From: Eledone cirrhosa
Lineage: Eukaryota
Direction of reading: 5' to 3'
Assembly: GCA_964016885.1 (NCBI GenBank)
Contig: OZ024746.1
Location: forward strand, 79,112,001 to 79,176,000
DNA length: 64,000 nucleotides
Every line of letters starts with the position of its first letter. Within the stretch, counting starts at the first letter, position 1. Below are positions 49,500-60,581 of the stretch, piece after piece. Below the pieces are notes generated by a model. That model was given only the letters and a program-made list of their open reading frames with translations, did no database searches and was not told the DNA's origin. A program made the translations under genes and the position numbers.

Positions 49500-49862
49500 G
49501 CGTAAATGCAAAACGACTGCCACCAAATTAAACCAGCCCGGCTTGATATTTTTGTTTGTGACTATGGAATGAAAACATTCTATTGTAAAGGTCAACCGCC
49601 CACGCGATGGAAATGTAGAAAAGAATATACTAGTGAAAGATGTCATCTATGGAGCTTTGATGAGGAGTTTGAAGATCTAGTACACAAAATACACTTTTAG
49701 TTTCATACCTATCATTATTGGAGCTACATGGTTCGTACCAAACCGTTTGGATCAGAGCATGACTGTACGTGGATTGCATCTCCTTAATTCATAAGCTACA
49801 AATGGTCACGAGATCTGGAGCCTTCAAAACGTAAATCTGGAAAATATTGTTAAGATTTAAGG
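49500..49862 (+). pseudogene. Old non-LTR element relic: restriction-like endonuclease C-terminus
   Basis: Frameshifted IKPARLDIFVCD / DGNVEKNILVKDVIYGALMRSL / YTFSFIPIIIGATWFVP / LIHKLQ, resembling the R2/R4/NeSL-group RLE domain. Confidence 0.6.
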
Positions 49863-50919
49863 GATGAACAATTGCGCATGAGCCGACAGAAATGTCCTCT
49901 ACTTTATAACTTTGACATCGGTAAGTTACCTTTGCAGCTACCAGCACTAGAATCCTGACATTTGTGACATGAGACTAGAAATTTGAAGAAAGTCAAAATT
50001 TGGGCACACAGACTGGAGAGACATAACACTAGTAGCTTGAAGATAGAATAATATACCACTAAAAGATTCCATATAAACACTATTACTGAGATGATCACCT
50101 ATTTAAACTATAATAAAGTAAGGATCGCGGGACTGCGTACGGTTTATAATTTTTTATCCCATTAGTAAAATAAATAATGAATGAATAGTACATAATTTAT
50201 CTACTAAATTTCATGGCCGTTGATTAAATATATTTTATTTTTTTTAAAGATTCACTTCTTTAAAATTTCTGAAATGTCAACACTTCCGGTTGGCCATCGC
50301 TTAAATAAACATACCAATTTTCTCCTAATGCAGTTTATATATAATATCGTCTTTTTTAATATATCATGGATTACGTTACTGATTAAATAAGACAGTATAA
50401 CGCAGTCTTCGTTCAATTTCTATGTATTACGATTTTATTTGATGTATCATATCTACATGTATATATACCTGCGTATAATATCAATATACACACTACACAT
50501 GCTAGCAGAAAACCATCCGGAGGGTGGTTTTTCTGCTGGTAGGCGGAATGTTGATTGTGACGGTGGCGGTGGTGGCCGTTTTCAACGATAGTGGTGTTGA
50601 TGATGAGGATGAAGATGATGATGATGATGATGATCATCATCATCATAAATAATGATGGCAGAGCCATTACAGGAAGTGTGGAAGGACAGAATTACTTTAG
50701 CCTTCACATGACTGTTGTGATGGTTGTGGTGATGATTGTTGTGATGGCTATATCGCAGTTATTCCATGGTTATATCGCGGCTGTACCATAGCTGTTGTGT
50801 GGCTCTGTTAATGATATTAAAAAGAGTAATAATACATTTATTTATATTATAATCATCATCATCATCATCAATATAATATTAATAATAATAATAATAGTGG
50901 TAGTAATAATTAGGACCAT

Positions 50920-51515
50920 CATTCGCAGCATAGAGTTATGGCTCCTTATGATCTGAGTTCAAATCAAATCCCGCCGAGGTTAACTTTGCCTTTCATTCTT
51001 ACTGGGTCGATAAAATAAAGTACCAGTCACGCACTGGTGTCGACAACCCCCCCCCTCACCGAAAAATATTATCTGGCCTTGTGAAAGAAACCATTATTAT
51101 TTCTACTTTTACGTCCCTTTACGATCTGAGTTCAAATCCCGCCGAGGTTGACTTTGCCTTTCATCCTTACGGGGTCGATAAAATAAAGTACCAGTAATGC
51201 ACTGGGTAATTGCTGCCTTATGCCAAAAGTAGAAACAATTATTTCTACTTTAGAACCATGATTCGCAGCATAGAGTTACGGCCATTTACGTTCTGAATGC
51301 AAATCCCGCCTAGGTTATGTTTGCCTTTCATCCTTACGGGGATCGATAATGTAAAGTACCAGTAATGCACTGGTGTTGATTGAATCGAAATTGCTGGCCT
51401 TGTGCCTGAATCTGAAACAATTATATCTACTTTAGGCACAAGGCCAGTAATTAACCAGTACATTACTGGTACTTTATTTTATCGACCCCGTAAGGATGAA
51501 AGGCAAAGTCAACCT
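50920..51515. mobile_element. Cluster of four 5'-truncated SINE family A copies (three +, one -)
   Basis: Core gcctttcatNcttac at ~50988, ~51156 and ~51323; reverse complement at ~51490. Confidence 0.85.
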
Positions 51516-51655
51516 TTATTATTATTATCAGTAGTAGTAGCATTACTGTTATTTCCCTACACAGCGTTTAACTAGATATTAGTTACATAAAACCTAATTA
51601 TTTACTTTCCGTTAAAAAATGTACGTATGCATGTATGTATGTATTCAGGCATGCC

Positions 51656-51690
<35 letters not shown>

Positions 51691-51705
51691 ATATATATAT
51701 ATATA

Positions 51706-51788
<83 letters not shown>

Positions 51789-51831
51789 GTATATATATAT
51801 ATATGTGTGTGTGTGTGTATATATATATATA

Positions 51832-51884
<53 letters not shown>

Positions 51885-52009
51885 TGATGTTTATATATAT
51901 ATATATATTTATATTTTTATATTTATATATATATTTATATATTTATATGTATATATATATATAAATGTATATATATATACATATATATATATACATATGT
52001 ATATATATG

Positions 52010-52040
<31 letters not shown>

Positions 52041-52118
52041 GTGCATATATATAGATATATATACACATACATATTATATATATGTATATATATATCTATC
52101 GATCTATCTATCTATCTA

Positions 52119-52242
<124 letters not shown>

Positions 52243-52545
52243 TATACATATACGCGCGTGCGCGTGTGTGTGTGAATGTGTGTTTATGTGTGTATGTGCG
52301 CGTGTGTGTGTATGTGCGAATCTATGTGTGTGTGTATGTGCGAATCTATACTTTTTTGTTATTATGAATATCACTTTTACTTATTACATATTTGAGTACA
52401 AAAAACAAAGCAAAACTCCCCGAAAAGTATAGGAAATACGATAACTGTGACGAGAACGTCAATGAAAGCCTAATGAGATTAGAACTGAGGGATATAAGAA
52501 GAATTATAGAACATATCAATAATATCGAAATACATACAAACACAC

Positions 52546-52617
<72 letters not shown>

Positions 52618-52694
52618 GTGTGTTTGTATGTGTTTCGATACTACTTATCTGATATATGTCTAGTTTTATTGTTCTACAATATTATTCACCTCCT

Positions 52695-52758
<64 letters not shown>

Positions 52759-52769
52759 ATGTATATATG

Positions 52770-52832
<63 letters not shown>

Positions 52833-52918
52833 TTGTGTGTGTGTATATATATATATATGTGTGTGTGTTTATATATATGTATATATATATGTATATATGC
52901 ATATATGTATATATATAT

Positions 52919-52953
<35 letters not shown>

Positions 52954-52967
52954 CATATATATATGTA

Positions 52968-53130
<163 letters not shown>

Positions 53131-53681
53131 ATATATATACATATATATATACAAAGAAAACAAACCAAATGAGTAATCAAATTAGAGGCGCAATTCAATT
53201 AAAACTTTATGATATAGCAGAAAAATAATATGACCATATTTTCAATATTTTTTTATTGTTAATAATGATTAAACTGGTTACATGAAAGACTGGTTACTGT
53301 TAAATTTTAATTTTCAGCCAAGAATGTGTATTCAATTTTTCAAACCGTTATATATTATTAAAGCTGAGCTGTTCGTCAGAAGTTAGTTGTAGAAAATATA
53401 ACTATATTAATGATAATAATAATAATAATGATTTCATTTATTGGCCACAAGGGCCGACATATAGGGGACAACACAATAGACAGGGACAGTGGGGGTTTAC
53501 ATAGAGATCGAGTAAGTATAAATAACAAAAAACAAAATAACAATAAAAATACAACAATGAAAGTTCCCCAATAAGAGGGATCACCACCCAGGGTTGACTC
53601 AAGCACCCCACCAGTCCTGAGCCACCCGACGCTCCTAGGGCACCCGGGAAGGGCACCCCTCTCCTTCTCGAATTCACCAGC

Positions 53682-56600
53682 CTACAGGCGCATGATCAGA
53701 GTAGGCCCACTCACGCGGGCCATTCTCGCCACATTCACCCACCTTTCAGTAAATGTACTGGGGGGCAGCACTTCTCTCTCCACCCTCACCTTCCTTTCCA
53801 AGTGAAACTTGAAGAAGTTGATGAGGGATTGGCCGAAGAGAAAAGTGTCTGTCTTCAGTCCTTTCAACCTGGTCCACCATGCAACCTCTTTCGCTACTGC
53901 CACCAGGCAGAGGAAAATTGCCTGCCCTTCCTGACCAAAAGAAGGCGGCGGGTCAATCTTCACTATGGACTCGGACGATAGCCGGATCCGTTCTACACGC
54001 GACAATAGCTGTTCGACATAACCCCACAAGTCAGCAATGCACGGACACTGGACGAGTGCGTGCAGAACGGTTTCGTCGCTCTGCGCGCATCTCGGGCAGG
54101 TTCGTCTGACAGCACTTCCGTGCCTGTAGAGTTTATCCCGAACCGGCAGCGCCCCCCGGTAGCACTGCCAAGCGAGGGATTTCTGGAAGTTATCCATCGT
54201 CCCCGGCTCGAAAGTCCTCCGGAACATACTGGTCAGTTCTACTTCGTTGACGCCCAGAGCCTCTCCTAGTACGTCATCGCACTTGCCCTCCACTAATCCT
54301 CTATAGAAATCTTGAGTGGAAGTTCCACTGACCGCATTGCCCACCTTGCAGAGTGCAGTGAGCGCCTGGCAACATTCCAGATGCCAGTCGCCCAGTCTCG
54401 GTCTCTTCTTGACCCAGGACTGCAGCTCAGTCAAAGAGATGAGCTGCGGAAAGGCCCGTCTAACAAACGGCGACCACACCTGTTCACCGTTTAGGCAAAA
54501 TATCTGGAGATGTCGCAGCCTCAGCGCATGTCTGCGCATCATTAGCCACGGCATGCCCAGCCCTCCACGAAGAGGGTGCTGGCAGCAGATGGACCGCCTC
54601 ACCAACGGGACCCGTCCCCTCCACAAAAATTTGAAAAGGAGCCGTTCCAAATTGGCGAGGCGTGGACGGGGGCAAGGCACGACGGTCAGGCGGTAGTAGA
54701 TGACGGACGCGATGTACGCGTTCGCCACCTCCGCCCGCCCTTTCAGTGATAGCTTTCTCTCAGCCCATTTCTGGGTGAGGTTGGCTATCCTGCTCGTCAC
54801 CTCGTCCCAATTCTTATCCACCTGGAGGTCTGGTCCGAACCAAACCCCGAGCAACTTTACCGGTCCGTCTGTCCAGCGCCCAACGACGCTGTTGGACGGC
54901 ATGGACTTTCCTCTCCAGGTGCCGAGCTGCAAGCCCACCGACTTTTCCGGGTTAAGTTTTGCTCCCGTCAACCTTTCATATTCCTCCAAATGGGTGCGGA
55001 TCACCTCGATTTCCGAGGTGTCCGACACCATCACGGTGATGTCGTCCGCATAAGCGGACGCAGCCTTTCTACGTCCCGGTTCGAGCGGGATGCCCTGCAA
55101 CAACTCCAGCTTCCGCAGTAGAGGCTCAAGAGTCAATACGTACAGAAGTGAGGAGAGAGGGCACCCTTGACGGACCGATCGAGAGATCTGAAACGGTTCC
55201 GAGAGGTGGCCATTAACTTTGACCACCGAGCGGATGCCGCTGTACATTGCAGCGATCCAGCTTCTGAAGACGGGGCCGCAGCCAGCCGCCTCGAGGACAG
55301 CCTCCAAGTACCGATGGTCGACCCTATCGAATGCTTTCGATTGATCTAAATTGATCAGAGCCCCACCGAAGCCAGGTTTGCACCCAACCCTCTCTATGAT
55401 GTATCGCATGAGGTGGAGGTTGTCGTGTATGGACCTGGTCGGGATTGCGCAAGTTTGCGCCTCCCCAACCAAATCTTTGACGACAAGCGCCAACCTTTTC
55501 GCTAACACCTTGGCCAAAATCTTAAACTCTGTGTTGAGCAGGGTTATGGGCCTGAAATTATCTAGTGTGTCCCTCTTGTTCTCGTCTTTCCTTATCAGCG
55601 TCACTACGCCACGGCTCACAGAACTGGGAATGCTCCCGTTCTGCTGCCAGTTGCAGTAGAGCGCTTCGAGGAGATCGGAGAACAAGTCTGGCATATTTAC
55701 GTAAAGCTCGTAGGGCAGACCATCCAAACCGGGTGACTTGCGACTCGAGCAGCCGACAAGGGCGTCCTGAATTTCGGCTGATGTTATCGGCTCTTCGCAG
55801 CGCTCAGCGTCGGCCGTCGAGAGGCGTGGCAAGCCGTCGAGGTAGGGACTGAAGTCCGCCGCCGTCTCCGACTCACCCATCCTCCCGAACAATCGAGCAA
55901 AGTGCTGGCGAAAGGCCTCACACATCTGCTTGGAATCGCTCAGTTCGTGTCCATCTCGATCCGTCAAAGACCGAATTGTGGTTTTATTTCCACGCTGCGT
56001 CTCTGCAAAGCGAGCCCATCGGGCAGCTTTGGTTCCCTCGTTCCTCAGAGCACGCGCCTTAGCTCTGACAATGCAACCTTCGTGTTTCGCATTGAAGAAA
56101 TGGTCTAGTGCCATTCTCGCCGCTAGCACGTCTGTTGCAATGCCACTACAAATAGCCTCGTCTAACTTAGCTATCAGCCCCTCCTCCTTTCTATTTTTCT
56201 CTATTGCTACTTCTTTGCTAAATCCTATCGAGGTTGCTCTAATCTCTCTTTTGAGTGCCCCCACCACCTGTTGTTGACAACCCCCCCTGTCAACTTTTGC
56301 TTAACTAAGTTGTTGACCCGGTCCCTGTAAGCTTTACGTGCCGGAAACGACATGTTTAGCTTCCAGTAGCTAGGTCCTAACCTACGTGTCTTATCTAGGT
56401 CGACCATACAGATCACAAGCTTGTGATCTGAATAGGCAACCGTTTTAAAATGTGGACATCCTACACTATTTCTATCTCTTTTCCTAATGAAAATCCTATC
56501 TATGTACGATCTAGATGACCCTATGCGATTGGTCCAGGTCCATACTGGCGCATTAGGGAAATCTAGTCGGTACCTGTCAGACAGTTGAAACTGGCTGATC

Positions 56601-57100
56601 AGGTACTTGAGGCTTTTGCACCCCCCGCTCCTATCAGATACTCCCACACAATCCCAGCGTGCTTCTAAGATGCCATTCCAATCCCCTATTAACAGTAAAG
56701 GGCGAGACGTAAGCAGAAAGTTTTCCAGGCGCCTAAAGAAGTCCGGCCGACCGGCCCCAGTAGGGGCGTAGACGGCCACCAGTCTAAAGGCACCACCTTC
56801 GCTATTGCTCACGTCCAGGACCACCAACTTTCCGTCAGGATCCCGGAAGATTGACCTTACCTCGAGATCCAGACATTTCCTAAACAGCACAGCCACTCCA
56901 CCTCCCATTCCCGGCCGACTAACAGATGCAAAGATCTGATAATCGTCGAAAATCGGCGCCAGTGCGCGTGTGTCGGAAATTCTGGTCTCGCTGATGGCAA
57001 TTACATCCATTCCTAGTGACCTGAGGTCGTTGAGCATGTGACCTTGCTTCCAGGGCGACCCCAGGCCACGAACATTTAAACTTCCTACTCTTATGGCCAT
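53682..57100 (-). CDS. ORF2: APE endonuclease, reverse transcriptase and CCHC zinc knuckle; single 1-nt deletion frameshift at 56258-56262
   Basis: SLNVRGL, SET, VYAP, GDWN, YIDR, SDH; KSPGLDG, FRPITLLN, KAFDRV, RQGCPLS, YADD; CPRC-x8-H-x4-C. Adding one G joins both ORFs into ~1139 aa. Confidence 0.93.
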
Positions 57101-57129
57101 GCTGGCAGGATGAATGGGAGAGGAAAGGT

Positions 57130-59040
57130 TTACTTACCTTCCGGGGTCTTGTGAAGGTCGGGTGGTTCGACCTCCATGGTTTGTGGGGTTTCTTTTGGGA
57201 ACCCCTTTAATAGTCTTGACGTGGGTTTTACGTTCGGGGTTCCCACATCCCGAGGAAAGCTCTTTCGAATTTCTTTGTATGAAGCGAGCGACATTCGCAT
57301 CAGAAGCAAATTATCTGGTACGCGAAATGTGCTCGCTTCAAATGTTTCCCCGTCTTTTTCGATGTTTGTGCTTCGTGCTACATGGGCCATCAATTCCTTG
57401 TTGGCCCTTCTGGCAAGCACGAAGTTTTTAATGTTTTGTTGCTCAGGTTTTATTTGTTCGTGTGATTGTGGTGGTGGTAGCTTTGTTAGTGTTGTTTCTA
57501 TTGTGTCTGCGTTTGTTGTGGGTGGGGTGTCTGTAGTTTCTGATGTTTGTGTGTCTATTTGTTCTTGTGTCTGTTTAGCTTGTTTGCGTTTGGGGGATTT
57601 TGGTGGTTGTGTTGGTGATGCTGTGGGGAAAATGTTTGTGTGGGTGGTGTGTGTATTTTTTTTTGTGGGGGTGTTTGTGCTTTGTGGATTTCTTTTTTTT
57701 TTGTGTTTTGTTTTTTGTATTTTGGGGGACTTTGGTTTTCCCTCATCTTCACTGCTGGAGGATGAGGGGTCTGTGGCTGTGAGCGTGTTTGTGTCTGAGT
57801 GAGTGTTTATGTTCTTGTTCGTGTGTGTATTTTGGGGGGGAGGGGGAATGGGAGAGCTTTCCTCGTTTCCCCCCTGGGTGTGCAATTTTGGTGGTTCCAT
57901 TGTTGACGGTGTTGCTGGTGGTCCTTGTCCCGGCGTCGCCAGCAGTGGAATCTTTCGACCCCTTGCGCTTTTCGGCAGTTGAGGGCAGAAGGCTCGCAAG
58001 TGTGTCGTTTCCCCACAAAGGAAACAATGCGGCCTTTTGCCCTCAGTCATTATATGCAACACCCTCCCGTTTTGGAGGCGGATGTGGTCCGGGATTGTTT
58101 TTACGTTTTCGGGTCTGATTTGGAGCAGTATCTCCAGATCAACCCCGGACCAGTCGTCCCTGGCAGTTCTCGTTGCCTCTACCGGGACTGTATCCGTTCC
58201 TTCCACGATTACGCAACCCAGGAGCCACCACATATCAAGTCCTGGTGGAATCCTGGGAATGCGCACACGTGCTATTCGTTTTCCCATGTGGGAGGGGTAC
58301 ATTATGACCTTGCTGGTTTTGCAAGGGGTCATTGAATGCTTCACAGCGAGGGCTTCAGACTTGAACAGCACCGAAACGGTGCCGTATTGCCTGCCCCTCT
58401 CTATGAAGTCTGTGTCCTCTCTGATGTATTTCAGTGCGGCTTCTATGTCAGCTTGGGCGATTATCGCTGCCCTCTTTGTCTCTACTGAGATGCATCTGAA
58501 ATGCACCGTTCTTTTTTCCACTGCCTCAATGGCTTCTGCCGGGACAGTTAAGTTTGCCCAGGTCTGCTCTTGATTTATGATTTTCCAGGCCTGGGCCAAC
58601 TTTTCCTCTCTGTTGGTTAAGTCGATGCTGTAGCATGGTCTCCTTTTAGCCGCTGCCACAGCAGCGAAAGTGTTCTTGTTGGTGTTGTCACTGTTGTTGT
58701 TCTTGTTGGTGTTGCTGCTGCTATTGCTGTTGTTGTTCTCCCCTGTGTCGTGGTTACCTTCTGTGCTGTTGGCCTTGTTGGTGCTGCTGCTGTCGCTACT
58801 ATTACTCTCTGTGCTGTTCGTTTTGTTGGTGCTCTCGCTATTACCACCTTCTGCGCTGTTCGGCTTGTTGGTGTTGGTGTTGTCGCTGTTACCACCTTCC
58901 GCGCCGCTCGGCCCGTTGGTGCTGGCACTGTCGCTGCTCACATTCGTGCTGGTGGCGCTCCTCGCCTCACCTCTCCTCTCAACGCTCAAGTCGCCGTTGC
59001 ACGACAGCAGACCCGCCTCTAGGGGGCGTGGCTCCGCCAT
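57130..59040 (-). CDS. ORF1 nucleic-acid-binding (gag-like) protein, 636 aa
   Basis: Uninterrupted ORF upstream of ORF2, with CX2CX4HX4C knuckle CFLCGETTHLRAFC, N-terminal S/N/T repeats and a P/T/K-rich tail. Confidence 0.9.
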   Translation of the reverse strand: MAEPRPLEAGLLSCNGDLSVERRGEARSATSTNVSSDSASTNGPSGAEGGNSDNTNTNKPNSAEGGNSESTNKTNSTESNSSDSSSTNKANSTEGNHDTGENNNSNSSSNTNKNNNSDNTNKNTFAAVAAAKRRPCYSIDLTNREEKLAQAWKIINQEQTWANLTVPAEAIEAVEKRTVHFRCISVETKRAAIIAQADIEAALKYIREDTDFIERGRQYGTVSVLFKSEALAVKHSMTPCKTSKVIMYPSHMGKRIARVRIPRIPPGLDMWWLLGCVIVEGTDTVPVEATRTARDDWSGVDLEILLQIRPENVKTIPDHIRLQNGRVLHIMTEGKRPHCFLCGETTHLRAFCPQLPKSARGRKIPLLATPGQGPPATPSTMEPPKLHTQGGNEESSPIPPPPQNTHTNKNINTHSDTNTLTATDPSSSSSEDEGKPKSPKIQKTKHKKKRNPQSTNTPTKKNTHTTHTNIFPTASPTQPPKSPKRKQAKQTQEQIDTQTSETTDTPPTTNADTIETTLTKLPPPQSHEQIKPEQQNIKNFVLARRANKELMAHVARSTNIEKDGETFEASTFRVPDNLLLMRMSLASYKEIRKSFPRDVGTPNVKPTSRLLKGFPKETPQTMEVEPPDLHKTPEGK

Positions 59041-59304
59041 GTTTTTTTGAGAAAAAAATTATTATTTTTTTTTTCAAAATAAAGTTCAAATATTTGGGCC
59101 AAAAGGCCCAAATATTATGAGTTATTCCTTCACAGGATACAAATTAATGTCTTATAATGCTTCAGCGGTACAAAAAATAAACAATTCTCTACAATTAATC
59201 CTCAAAAATTGCTTACTCACGGAGCTTCAAAAAACGTACATCCACTTTCGTCAATAATAATAATAATAATAATAGTATTAGTAACAAAAATAATAATAAT
59301 AATA

Positions 59305-59484
59305 ATTGCTTCTACTTTAGGCACAAGGCCAGCAAACACCCAATGCATTACTGGTACTTTATTTTATCGACCCCGTAAGGATGAAAGGCAAAGTCAACCT
59401 CGGCGGGATTTGAACTCAGATCGTAAAGGGACGTAACTATGCTGGAAAGCATGGCGTCCGACCCTCTACCGATACTGCCAATCC
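59305..59484 (-). mobile_element. SINE family A, young copy
   Basis: Reverse complement near-identical to 11170-11352. Confidence 0.88.
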
Positions 59485-59494
59485 AATAATAATA

Positions 59495-59950
59495 CGTGCC
59501 TGATTGTGGATGTGGCCTGCCCATTCGACACGAGAGTGCAAGAGAAGGAGAGGGAGAAAATTAACCGATACCAGGACTTAAAGTGGGAGGTAAAAAGTAT
59601 TTGTAACTGCCATGAAGTCAAAGTGGTCCCGATTGTCATAGGCGCACTAGGGACTATCTCAAAAAGTTTCCATGGATGGTTAAAGAAAATTGGCGCCTTC
59701 ACGCTTTTTGGAACGCTTCAAAAGGCATGCTTGCTGGGAACAGCAAGAACCCTCCGATACGTCCTGAATATCTGAGGCTGCAGGTAGTGGCTTGATATTC
59801 ATTTCAACAAACTTTCCAGTTAACTAACATCAATGACTGAGACTCAAAGAATAATAATAATAGTAATAATAATAATAATAACAATAATAACAATAATAAT
59901 AATGATAATATTAATAATAATAATAATAATATTGATAATAATAATAATAA
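59495..59950 (+). mobile_element. 5'-truncated R4/Dong-like non-LTR element (RLE domain, 3' UTR, (AAT)n tail)
   Basis: CLIVDVACPFD...EKEREKINRYQDL...VVPIVIGALG...LQKACLLGTARTLR*; flanked by aataataat on both sides. Confidence 0.85.
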
Positions 59951-60061
59951 ATGAAATAAAAAGAAGAACAACAGAAAAACAACATTCAAAGTATAGATTT
60001 GAATATGAACGAAATATTAGACTCATTATTATAATATATCTCAAGAGTAGAAACGATTATA

Positions 60062-60104
<43 letters not shown>

Positions 60105-60108
<4 letters not shown>

Positions 60109-60294
60109 AACCAGTAAGACCCCGACAGCTGAGCTCAAGCCGTTTCGACGGCTAATTCAAGTATTAGCCGTCGAAACGGCTTGAGCTCAGCTGTCGGGGT
60201 CTTACTGGTTCCTATTACCCACTCTACTACCTCAAGTATTGAGTACTTTGGTGCGTTATGGTCCACCTGGTTCCTTACCACATTTCCTTCGTTA
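60105..60294. mobile_element. TA-flanked hairpin element, copy 4 (longest palindrome)
   Basis: Perfect 52-bp arms 60105-60156 / 60163-60214 with a 6-nt loop, plus the shared tail. Confidence 0.88.
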
Positions 60295-60486
60295 TATATA
60301 TATATATATATATATATAATAAGGGTTGACGGACCCAGCATATTTATCATTGCCAGTACCGGTTGTATCTCAGCGCACTCAATGGGCAATGTAAGATACA
60401 TTACCAGAGTATACACATAGTTATTTGCCTCAACACAACACACGTAAAACGTATATATGTATATATATTTATATATATATATATAC

Positions 60487-60572
<86 letters not shown>

Positions 60573-60581
60573 GTATATATA

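Larger units (their letters stand above)
53431..59252 (-). mobile_element. Full-length L1/Tx1-clade LINE copy B (~5.8 kb)
   Basis: 5' UTR, ORF1, ORF2 and a 3' UTR ending AATAAATGAAAT; (AAT)n on both flanks. Confidence 0.96.

Noticed and set aside
56225-56267. Programmed ribosomal frameshift between endonuclease and RT
   Set aside because: Copy A is in frame at this position; a 1-nt homopolymer deletion is the simpler explanation
57176-59050. Antisense ORFs over LINE ORF1/ORF2 (also 18093-19673 and 53879-56277)
   Set aside because: Shadow ORFs of GC-rich or low-complexity coding sequence with no motifs
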